DNA of 64,000 bases from Acidobacteriota bacterium (GTDB lineage Bacteria > Acidobacteriota > UBA890 > WLXD01): positions 928,001-992,000 of the forward strand of contig CAXWPL010000004.1 of assembly GCA_963666215.2 (NCBI GenBank). The letters run 5' to 3'. Under the pieces are notes generated by a model. That model did not search any database. It had not been told where the DNA came from and saw only the letters and a list, made by a program, of their open reading frames with translations. Both the position numbers and the translations under genes were made by a program. This document shows, piece after piece, positions 20,691-29,751 of the stretch (its first letter is position 1; each line of letters begins with the position of its first letter).

Positions 20691-21170
20691 TCAGCTGCGG
20701 GTGGAGGGCGCCTGCACGAACTGACCGCTGTCGAGCACGATGTCGGGAGCGTAGACGCCTTTGTCCCAGTGATCGGGCGGCTCCGGGCCGGCAGCCTGGT
20801 CGGAGCCCAGCGACGTGAGTCGATAGCTCTTGCTGGTGCCGGTGTAGATCCAGGGGTTTCCCCACGCATCCGACGTCGATAGCTTGTCGATGAGCCCGCT
20901 TTCGATGAGCTCGTCGACGCTCTTGGCGTAGCGACTCTTCTTGCCGCGGAACGTCTCGTTCGCGGTGGAGAACGCCCGCATGTCCGCCAGCGTCTTCTCT
21001 TGAAAGACGCGGTTCATGAGCGGGCTGCCGCCCTCCTCAACCGTGGCCGAGCTCATGCCCATGTACTTCGCCACCGAGGGCATCAGCGTGCCCATCAGAA
21101 CAACAACCACAACGCCTCCAAGGAGGCTGGTCATCGCTGACCCACGCTCGTCGCTGAATCCAGTGTGCAC
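20691..21170 (-). CDS. GspG-like pseudopilin domain protein
   Basis: SD GAGGTG, prepilin-like DERG/SAMTSLLGGVVVVVLM, DAWGNPWIY..YRLTSLGSD motif of T2SS G. Confidence 0.65.
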   Translation of the reverse strand: MHTGFSDERGSAMTSLLGGVVVVVLMGTLMPSVAKYMGMSSATVEEGGSPLMNRVFQEKTLADMRAFSTANETFRGKKSRYAKSVDELIESGLIDKLSTSDAWGNPWIYTGTSKSYRLTSLGSDQAAGPEPPDHWDKGVYAPDIVLDSGQFVQAPSTRS

Positions 21171-21402
21171 GGATCACCTCTGAGGTTGGGACGCCGGACG
21201 CGTAACAAAGTAACAGCGTGATCGTGGACCGCCAAAGCCGAAAGTGGCGGCGGCGAAAAGTGCAAAATGCTGCAACGCTCCGCTGTCCTCGCGAAGAGTC
21301 GCTGCGCTGGTGGCGACAGCGCTAGCGATGCATCCGGACGCGGGGCGACTTTGGCCTGAGACGCCCCGTGCCCGGTGTTAACCGTGTCGCAGCGTGACGG
21401 GG

Positions 21403-22810
21403 GGGATGTCACAGGCTCCGTTGAAAAAGGGTGACGGTGATCCGACCTCGATAGTGTGTCGGGGTCAATCCACTGGCATGGAGGATCACCGTCATGAGCA
21501 AGAGTCGCAGAACAGAGACAAGTAGGAAAGCGGAGCGCCAAGAGAACCCGCTCCTGGAGGCAGTGGTAGCGGCGCGATCGGATCTACGAGCGCTGGTCAT
21601 GGACGCGGGCTTCGGGGTGTTGGGTTCGCTGCTGGAAGAAGACCGGGCGGAGCTCTGCGGAGAGCGCTACGCGCGGTCACAGCAGCGGCGGGCGTACCGA
21701 CACGGCTACGACGAGGGCTCGCTGGTGATGGGCGGCCGGCGGGTCAAGGTACGCAAGCCGCGGGCTCGGAGCGTCGATGGCCAAGAGCTGCCGCTGCCGC
21801 ACTGGGAGAGGTTCAAGGCAACAGATCCGCTCGAAGAGCGCGCCGTAGAGCAGATCCTGTGCGGCGTCACGACGCGCAAGTACGAGCGCTCGTTAGAGCA
21901 GCTCGACGACGGGCGAGCTTCGTCGGGAACGAGTCGCTCGAGTGTGTCGCGGCGGTTCGTAGCGCGTACAGCCAAGCAGGTGCAGCAGTACCTGGCCCAA
22001 CCGCTCAATGAAGTGGACCTGCCGGTGCTGGTGATCGACGGCACGCACATGGGCAAGCACTTGTTGGTGGATCGCCATGGGCATCGACGCGGACGGCGTC
22101 AAGCATGTGCTGGGTGTCGTAGAGGGCACCACGGAGAGCTCCCACGTGTGCCGGTCGCTGCTGCGGCAGTTGATCGAGCGCGGCATGCCCGTCGAACGGG
22201 CGCGGTTGGTGGTAATCGATGGCTCCAAGGGCCTCCGTAAAGCAGTGCGCGACACGTTCGGCGAGTGGGCCCTGATCCAGCGCTGCCGTGTCCACAAGAT
22301 CAAGAATGTATTGGAGCATCTGCCAGGGCATATCCGGCCCTGGTTCGCAGCCAAGATCCGCAAGGCGTGGAAGGCGGAGACGGCCACGGCAGCGACCAAG
22401 CAGCTCGACGCCGTGGTCAAGGAGCTGGAGACCGATCACCCCGGTGCAGCGGCCTCGCTCAGAGAAGGAATGCAAGAGACGCTCACCGTCACTCGGCTCC
22501 GAGTTCAGGGGCCGCTGCTTCGGACGTTACGTTCAACGAATACGATCGAGAACCTGAACGGGACGATCAAACACGTCAGCCGCAACGTAAAGCGGTGGCG
22601 CTCCGGGAGCATGATCGTTCGATGGGCGGTTACTGCACTCATCGAGGCCGAGAGCAAGTTCCGGAGGGTTCGTGGCTACCGCGACATCGCCAAGCTCGAT
22701 GCCGCACTCAACACCGCCGTCGACGTTCCCCTTGAGCAGGAGCGCCGTACTGCGTAACAATCCCCAACCACTTCACCGTCGCCTTAGTTCAACGGACGGT
22801 GGGACATCCC
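21403..22810 (+). mobile_element. IS256-family element; transposase 21494..22757 frameshifted near 22070
   Basis: Imperfect TIRs GGGATGTCACAGGCTCCGTTGAA / TTCAACGGACGGTGGGACATCCC; GVTTRKY, VIDG, IDGSKGL, QRCRVHK, LRSTNTIENLN; no target duplication visible. Confidence 0.9.
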
Positions 22811-24263
22811 CGTTCTCGTCCATGTCGCGCCACGTAATCGTGCCGCCGTAGCTGCCGGCGTAAACAACTTCGTTGCTGCGCGGGTCAACGGCAATGTGGC
22901 CGCTCTCGCCGCCACCCACCGACTGGAACTCGGCGCCGAAGTCGCCACCGCCGCCGAAGCCGCCGGCGCGGCGGGAAGACAGACGCGCCGTAGAGTTGTC
23001 CTGCTGGGCGCCGTAGACGCGGTAGGGATGCTCCTGGTCGACGGTGATGCGATAGATCTCGGCGGTAGGCTGGTTGCGCTGGTGGCTCCAGCTGACGCCG
23101 GCGTTGAAGCTGACGTTGGCGCCGCCGTCATTGGAGTTGATCATGACCTTGGGATTGTTCGGGTTGATCCAAAGGTCGTGGTTGTCGCCGTGCGGCACGC
23201 GCAAGCGGGTGTCGAAGGTGCGGCCGCCGTCCGTCGACTTGAGCATGCCGGTGTTGAGCGCGTAGACCGTGTCTTCGTCCTGCGGGTCGGCGAAGATGTG
23301 GATGTAGTACCAGGCGCGTTGCTGCAGGCTGCGGTCGCTGTTGGTGCGCCGCCAGGAGTCGCCACCGTCGTCGGAGCGATAGACGCCGCCCTGGTCTTCA
23401 GTGGCCTCGATGAGCGCCCACATGCGATCGGAGTTGGCCGGCGAGATAGCGACGGAAGTCTTACCCATCATCGACGTCGGCAGGCCATTCTCGAGACGCT
23501 CCCAGGTGTCGCCGCCGTCCTTGGTGCGATAGATGCCGTCGTCCTCGCTTCCGGAGTCGATCGTCCAGGGCTTGCGCTCGGCAGTCCAGATGCTCGTCAG
23601 CAGAATGCGTGGGTTGTTGGGATCGATCTCGATGTCGACGGAGCCGGTGTTGTCGTCGATGTAGAGAACCTTGTCCCACGTGTCACCGCCGTCCATCGAG
23701 CGGTAAACGCCGCGCTCCTCGCCGGCCCCGAAGATGTTGCCGAGCACCGCCGCGTAAACCACGTTGTGGTTGCTCGGGTGGACCGCGATCTTGCCCACCT
23801 GGGCGCGCATAGGCAGCACCTTGCTCCAGTTCTTGCCAGCGTCGGTGGAACGATAGATGCCGTCGCCCGCCGAGACGTTGCCTCGCGGGCACGCCGAGCC
23901 GGTGCCCGCGTAGATGACGTTGGCGTCGGATGGCGCAACCGCGATGGCGCCGATCGTCCCGACACCGAAGAAACCATCGGAGACGTTGTTCCAGCTCGTC
24001 CCGGCATCGGCGGTTTTCCACAGGCCACCGCCGCTGGCGCCAAAGTAGTACGTCAGCGGATCATCGACGACGCCGGCGACAGCTGTGGAGCGGCCACCAC
24101 GCGTGAAGTTGAGCGAGCGGAACTCGAGGCCATCGAGTACCTGCGGGTCGATGGTGGCATGGTCGTCGTTGTTGTCCTGCGCCACCGCCGGCATTGGATT
24201 GAGCGCCGCGGTGGCGACGAGCAAGGCCGTGAAGAAAGAAGCGAGAAGCAGGGACTTCTTCAT
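22811..24263 (-). pseudogene. VPS10/BNR-repeat secreted beta-propeller (glycosyl hydrolase-like), truncated by IS256
   Basis: Signal peptide and repeated SxDGGxTW Asp-boxes; ends at about half the length of the paralog at 29752..33069, at the IS256 end. Confidence 0.85.
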
Positions 24264-24414
24264 GGGGAGCACTCTCGGTGACTGCGGGCGCAGGTTCGAG
24301 TTTCGGAGTGGGCCGTGGCGGACTTGGTTGCCGGCCGGCTATTCGAGCCCGCCGGGCTGTGTGCAGATGAGCGGATCAACCTCCACGATGGGGGCCGTCC
24401 AAGATTACTCTGGA

Positions 24415-26499
24415 CTATTCAACATATCCGAGCGCGCGCAGACGCTGCAGCGTCTCTTCATCGATCGCGACGGTGCTCTGGTCGAGCTCGCCGAGCACGA
24501 GTCGCTTGGCCTGCTGTCGCTGCATCTCCTGCCAAAGACGGCGGCGCAGTTCCTCCGCCACCTCGGGTCGGGCTACTGCGAGATTGCGCTCCTCACCCGC
24601 GTCGGCGGCGAGATGGTACAACTCGGTCGAGTAGCTGCGAAAGAGGTGGGGCGGCAGCTGCCTCGCGTCGTCGGCTGGGAGACGTAGCTGCCGGGGAAAC
24701 AGAGCATCAAGCGGCAGGGCAAGACGTGCCGGAGTGAGGATGAGCTTCCAGGCGCCGGCTCGCAGCCCCTGCACCGGATATGTGGCGGTGTTGCGTGCTC
24801 CCACCCGCACCGCGCGCACGTCAGCCGGCAGCGGTGCCGAGTGCTGAGCGAGGTAGCGAACGAGGCTCGTCCCTTCAAGAGCCACGGGTGCGCGCAGGCC
24901 GAGCAGCTCAGTCAGCGTCGGTAGCACGTCGACGCCGCTCACGGGGACGGCTATTCGCGCGGGTCCGAACGCCCGGTGAGCGATGACGAGCGGGATGTGA
25001 GCCGTTGGTTCGTAGGCGTACTTGCCATGCGAGAACAAGTATTCGTGCTCAGCCATGCTTTCGCCGTGGTCGGCTGTGAACAGCACGAGGGCGTCGGGGA
25101 GGTCACGCCCGAGCTGCTCGAGAAACGCCCCGACATGCTCGTCGAGGTAGGCGATCTCGCCGTCGTACTGCGAAACGAAATAGTCCGCGCTTCGTAGTTG
25201 TGCCTGGCTCAGGCCAAGCTGCCCCCATTCGGGGCCGAGGAGGTCACGCGTTGCGAGTCGGCTACTTGCGGCGCGGCCGCCCCAAAGGTCCCAAAGACGC
25301 GTACGGGTCGCAGACGCGGGCTCCAAGCGAAGGTCGGCAAGCTCGCCGTAGATCGCGTCGTGGGCGAACATCTGATCGTAGGGCCTGGGCGGCAGGTAGG
25401 GCGTGTGAGGATCCATCAGGTGCACCCAGAGAAAGAAAGCGTTCTTCGCGTCGCTCCGTTCCGTGACGTACCGTGCAGACTCGGCGATCACGTCCTCGGC
25501 CCTCGCCGTGTCGGGTTGTGGATGCCACTCGTCGAAGCCCTGGTGGTAGTTGAAGTCGCGATTGGTGATCGCCGGGTTGGTGACGAAGGCAGCCGTGTCG
25601 TAGTCGGCCTCGGAGAACAACTCGGCCATCGTTGACAGAGCCCCAGCGAGTCGGCTCGGATGTCGACCCACGCCGTGCAGTTCCGGGTAGAGCCCTGTCA
25701 TGATCGAGGCCACTGCCGGTGCCGTGTAGGTGCGCGTCGCCACGGCGTTGTCGAACACGGCGTGGTTCGCCGCCCACGCGTCGAGATTCGGTGTCGTTGA
25801 GCGCCCATAGCCGTACAGCGACATATGCGTGGCGCGCAGCGTGTCGACCGTGATCAGCACCACCGAATTGCCGGCGAGCGGCTGCGACCCTACGCCCGTA
25901 TCCGGAAACAACTCAGGTGGCGCCGGGACCTTCACACCCGCCGGCGCGATCCATCCGACGACTCCGCCGACGAACAGAACCCACGACGCGACGACCGCGA
26001 AGCGCAGGGGAGCCCCACGAGCTGGCGTTTTCACCAGCGCGTAGGCCAACAGGCCGCCTACACAGGCGGCCGCCAGCATCAGCGCCAAGGCTCCGGCGAG
26101 CGCCGCGAGTGCCGACGTATCTCGTGGGAGTCCGCGTGGAAAGGCTTCGCCGAGAAGAAAATAGACGAGTGTGCCCGCACCCACACTTGCCACCAGAACC
26201 CCAGCCGTGGCCGCTGCTCGCGCCGGCTGCCATCGGCGCGAGCACAACGTGGCAACCACCGCGGTCAGGGCCGCCGCAACCACCAAAATCGGCGACGAGG
26301 TCGTCCAGAGCCGCAGGGCGATAAGAATCGGGCGGGCGCCGAGGTGCTCTCGCAGCGCCGGGTAGATTGCCATCGCAACGACCGTCTCGACGACGATCGC
26401 GAGGGCGCCGAGCGGCAGCAATCCAGCCGCGATACGTCGGAAGAGATCGCGAACGGCCACCGGTCGATCGGGCAGTGTCGTCTGCAAGAGCGAGGTCAA
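24415..26499 (-). CDS. Membrane-anchored sulfatase-like hydrolase/transferase
   Basis: About 5 N-terminal TM segments, LITVDTLRA, YTAPAVASIMTG, WVHLMDPHTPY, YDGEIAYLD, TADHGE, QRLRALGYVE. Confidence 0.87.
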   Translation of the reverse strand: MTSLLQTTLPDRPVAVRDLFRRIAAGLLPLGALAIVVETVVAMAIYPALREHLGARPILIALRLWTTSSPILVVAAALTAVVATLCSRRWQPARAAATAGVLVASVGAGTLVYFLLGEAFPRGLPRDTSALAALAGALALMLAAACVGGLLAYALVKTPARGAPLRFAVVASWVLFVGGVVGWIAPAGVKVPAPPELFPDTGVGSQPLAGNSVVLITVDTLRATHMSLYGYGRSTTPNLDAWAANHAVFDNAVATRTYTAPAVASIMTGLYPELHGVGRHPSRLAGALSTMAELFSEADYDTAAFVTNPAITNRDFNYHQGFDEWHPQPDTARAEDVIAESARYVTERSDAKNAFFLWVHLMDPHTPYLPPRPYDQMFAHDAIYGELADLRLEPASATRTRLWDLWGGRAASSRLATRDLLGPEWGQLGLSQAQLRSADYFVSQYDGEIAYLDEHVGAFLEQLGRDLPDALVLFTADHGESMAEHEYLFSHGKYAYEPTAHIPLVIAHRAFGPARIAVPVSGVDVLPTLTELLGLRAPVALEGTSLVRYLAQHSAPLPADVRAVRVGARNTATYPVQGLRAGAWKLILTPARLALPLDALFPRQLRLPADDARQLPPHLFRSYSTELYHLAADAGEERNLAVARPEVAEELRRRLWQEMQRQQAKRLVLGELDQSTVAIDEETLQRLRALGYVE

Positions 26500-26562
26500 G
26501 ACGTTGGTGGCGAGGGCGGCCTCCCGGGTGCAACAGCCGCCGGCCGGTGGATGACGGTCGAC

Positions 26563-26751
26563 CTAGGCGGTCTCGGCCGACTTGGCCGATTTGTCGGACT
26601 CGGCCGGCGCAGTCAGACAAGGGTCGCAAACGAACTTGGCTTCGATCTCGGCCAAGTTACCGTCTACGTGGAGGTGGGTAACGCGCTTGGGTTTCCCGCA
26701 CTGGGTGCATTGGAGCTGGTAGACCTCCAGAATCGAAACCATGGGCTCCAC
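26563..26751 (-). CDS. Small putative zinc-ribbon protein
   Basis: 62 aa with CTQC and CDPC pairs; SD-like AGAG upstream. Confidence 0.55.
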   Translation of the reverse strand: MEPMVSILEVYQLQCTQCGKPKRVTHLHVDGNLAEIEAKFVCDPCLTAPAESDKSAKSAETA

Positions 26752-26867
26752 CTCTGCGTAGAGTGTGTTCTGAACCGAACCGTGGGCAGCGAGATGCTAC
26801 CGCCCGAATCGCGAGAGCGATAGGAGGCCGAACGGGCCTTGGCTTCCTCGGTCGAACCGGAAGGTCG

Positions 26868-27715
26868 CTAGGCGACGGCTTCCGCGACGGCGCCGAGCGC
26901 GCGCCGGAGGCGTGCGGCGAGCTCGGTGGGGTTGAACGGCTTGAAGACGTAGTCGTCGGCGCCGAGGGCGACGGCACGAGCCACGTGTTCCTCTTCCTGG
27001 CTCGAGCTCAGCAGAAGCACCGGGATGTCCCGTGTTTCCGGCGATCGCTTGAGCGTCTCGAGAACCTCCAAGCCACTGACCCCGTGCATCTCGATGTCGA
27101 GAACAATCGCGTCGGGCTCGGCTTCGGCCACGGCCTGCAGCGCCGTAGCTCCGCAAGTAGCCACGTGCACGCTCATGCCGTGGCAGGCCAGCATGGTCTC
27201 GAGGAGTGTCGTGATCATCACGTCATCCTCGACGACGACAATCCTTGGCTTGCCACCGGTCCGGCTTCGAGCTGCCGTGCCGCTGTCGACGACCACGGGC
27301 TTCGCCCGCACGAGTCGAGCGGCTCTCAGCGCGAGCTCTCTTGCGTCGAGCGGCGACGTGACGAAATCGAGCGACATTTGCGGTCGCGAGACCTGGGCGA
27401 GGTAGTCGGCGGAGTCCACCATCAGAAGAGCGCACTTCGCATCGGCGAAGCTTTCCAGTGCGATCCAGTGTTCGCGGCTCAGGCCAGCGCGATAGATCGC
27501 CAGGTCGAAGCTTTCGGGCCAAGCGGGCTGGTCCACGAGCAGGCGATCGTTCGCGCACTCGGCAACGTCCGCACCGTAGCTGGAGAGGCACTCGTTGGCC
27601 AAAACGAGCTGGAGAGGCACTCGTTGGCCAAAACGAGCTCTTCGTCTGAAAGGCCCACAACCGCGGTCCGCTTGTCGCGAAGGGCTTCGACCCATTGCTG
27701 GTTTTCTTCGATCAT
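26868..27715 (-). pseudogene. Response regulator (C-terminal receiver domain) frameshifted by a 29-bp tandem duplication
   Basis: MIEENQQW..LANECLSS continues as YGADVAEC.. once one repeat copy is removed; VVEDD, LDIEMHGVSG, GADDYVFKPFNP. Confidence 0.8.
27578..27639. repeat. 29-bp perfect tandem duplication AGCTGGAGAGGCACTCGTTGGCCAAAACG
   Basis: Two adjacent identical copies (27578, 27607) followed by AGCT. Confidence 0.95.
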
Positions 27716-27716
27716 C

Positions 27717-28109
27717 TCAGTGGCTTTGTGCAGCGCTTCGTAGGCAGAAGCGCTCGAGGTTCTCGGCGGCATCGGCCAGATGCTCGCGCAGGTCGGGAAG
27801 CAGCAGATCCAACAGGTCAAGACGCGCCTCGCGGGCCAGCATCTCTACGCGCGCCGCTAGGCGCTGAAGCTGAATGGCGCCGACGGTACCAGCGCTGCCG
27901 CGGAGGGTATGGGCGGCTCGCTGAACCTCGTCGAAGTCGCGGGAAGAAACACCATGACCGATCTGCCCAACCAGCTCACTGCCGCAGATCCGCAGCGTCG
28001 TAACTAGCTGCTCGAGCAGTTCGAGGCCGCCGAAGTCGCGGATTCCCGCCGCCACCTGGGTGTCGATGGCCAGCTCGACCCGCGCGCTTTCCTCTCGCGT
28101 TTCGCCCAC
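27717..28109 (-). CDS. Hpt (histidine phosphotransfer) domain protein
   Basis: VQRAAHTLRGSAGTVGA motif; SD GAGGAG. Confidence 0.88.
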   Translation of the reverse strand: MGETREESARVELAIDTQVAAGIRDFGGLELLEQLVTTLRICGSELVGQIGHGVSSRDFDEVQRAAHTLRGSAGTVGAIQLQRLAARVEMLAREARLDLLDLLLPDLREHLADAAENLERFCLRSAAQSH

Positions 28110-28147
28110 GGCTGCTCCTCTCGGCCTACTTGCAGGGTCTCCCTAAG

Positions 28148-29190
28148 TGTGTTTTCTAAGTAGGTTGTTCACATCGGGGCTCACTTCTGAGATCAATGGG
28201 GTTGTTCAAAAGACTCCACGACCTCAGAAGGAGCGCCCGATGCAGCTGCATGGTAACGCCCGCACGATGCCGTATATACGCCGAGAGATGGTCCGCCGAG
28301 TCCGGGAGCGGGCGGAGCCCGTGACGGAAACGGCGGCGGCGCTCGGCGTGTCGGCTCGAACGGTTTACAAGTGGCTGGATAGATACGAGCGAGAAGGTGA
28401 GGCCGGGCTGCTCGATCGATCAAGCCGGCCGACGTGCTGTCCGCACGCAACAAGCGCTGGAGTTGTGAGGCAGATCGACAAGCTACGTCGGCGGCGACTG
28501 ACGGCCTGGCAGATCAGCCGAAGGTTGGCTGTGCCGCGCTCGACCGTCTCGGCGTGGCTGAAGCGGCTCGGACTCGCCAAGCTTGATGCGCTCGAGCCCA
28601 AGCCCGAGATCGTTCGCTACGAGTACGAGCACCCCGGTGACCTACTGCACCTGGATACGAAGAAACTGGCCCGTATCCGGCGACCTGGACACCGCATCCA
28701 CGGCGACCGCTCCAAGCGGGCCTACGGCGTCGGCTGGGAGAACGCCCACGTCGCTATCGACGATCACTCTCGGGTGGCGTACGTCGAAGTGCTGCCCGCC
28801 GAAGACCAACACACCTGCACAGCGTTCCTGCAGCGAGCCGTCGAGCACTTCGCTTCGATGGGAGTAGCGGTGCGCCGAGTGATGACAGACAACGGGCCTG
28901 GCTACGTCTCGAAGCGCTTCAATCGCCTATGCCATCAACTCGAGATCCGGCACATTTACACCCGGCCCTACACCCCCAGAACCAACGGCAAAGCCGAACG
29001 CTTCATCCGCACACTCAAGGAGCAGTGGGCCTACGGCACCTGCTACCAGACCTCAGCTCGACGTACTCGAGCTCTACGGCCCTGGCTCAACCACTACAAT
29101 CGTCACCGTCCCCACGCCGGCATCGGCATGACACCGCCGATCGCTCGGCTCTCAGGGGTGAGTTCGTGAACAACCTACCTAGAACTCACA
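28148..29190 (+). mobile_element. IS481-family insertion sequence, apparently intact
   Basis: TGT..ACA ends with TIR core TAGGTTGTTCAC/GTGAACAACCTA; flanks CCTAAG / ACTAAG. Confidence 0.95.
28240..29169 (+). CDS. IS481 family transposase
   Basis: MQLHGNAR, LHLDTKKL, AIDDHSR, MTDNG, RPYTPRTNGKAERF, YNRHRPH. Confidence 0.95.
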   Translation: MQLHGNARTMPYIRREMVRRVRERAEPVTETAAALGVSARTVYKWLDRYEREGEAGLLDRSSRPTCCPHATSAGVVRQIDKLRRRRLTAWQISRRLAVPRSTVSAWLKRLGLAKLDALEPKPEIVRYEYEHPGDLLHLDTKKLARIRRPGHRIHGDRSKRAYGVGWENAHVAIDDHSRVAYVEVLPAEDQHTCTAFLQRAVEHFASMGVAVRRVMTDNGPGYVSKRFNRLCHQLEIRHIYTRPYTPRTNGKAERFIRTLKEQWAYGTCYQTSARRTRALRPWLNHYNRHRPHAGIGMTPPIARLSGVSS

Positions 29191-29205
29191 ACTAAGAGGG
29201 ATTCG

Positions 29206-29222
29206 TCAACTACGGTAGTTGA
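29206..29222. promoter_or_regulatory. Perfect palindrome TCAACTAC-G-GTAGTTGA, candidate operator
   Basis: 8-bp arms at the edge of an AT-rich intergenic patch. Confidence 0.4.
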
Positions 29223-29751
29223 AAGGCGCGCAAGGACACAATATTAATCTGATGTGATCTGTAAACTTATTCATACATTACTTAAGCATATTAATGATCA
29301 CTCCAAGGATGCCGCTGGTGATGACGGTCTCGCGGCGGCCGACTCGCCTTGCGGAGCCTGCTGCGACACGACAAGCTGCCGGCCGGCAGCCAACCCGGAG
29401 AGCTGTGGTCGACGTCCGCCGCTGGCCGCCGACAACTCGGCAGCCGTCCTGCTCGCTTTTCTCGAGCTCTTGCCGAGGGCCGAGCGCTAGGTGTGAACGC
29501 TTCGGGAATCGCGCTCGCAACGTCTGGCGCTCGAGGTCAACAGTGCACATGTTCATGACGGCTCGCAGTCTGGCTTTCATCCCCGCCTTGGCGCTGCTCG
29601 CGGCGGGAGCTCGGGCGCCGCAACTCGCTGCCCAGGAAACGCTTCCAACGCCGCGTCTGAGGATGGTCGCTCAGGCTGCCAAGCACCGACGTGCGTTCAA
29701 GTACCGGCCATTTCCTCTAGCCGCCGGTGCGTCCTGCTAGGTTGCTGACAG

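Noticed and set aside
22060-22085. Programmed frameshift in the IS256 transposase
   Set aside because: IS256 uses a single ORF, there is no slippery heptamer, and one extra G explains the break
27578-27639. 29-bp repeat as a CRISPR repeat
   Set aside because: Two directly adjacent copies with no spacer, inside a CDS, and no cas genes
29205-29215. GTCAACTAC resembling an IscB/HEARO element end
   Set aside because: No IscB/TnpB ORF or RNA scaffold follows; better explained as half of a palindrome
29549-29740. Signal-peptide-like short ORF MFMTARSLAFIPALALLAAG..
   Set aside because: Possibly a gene remnant, but too short and featureless to call
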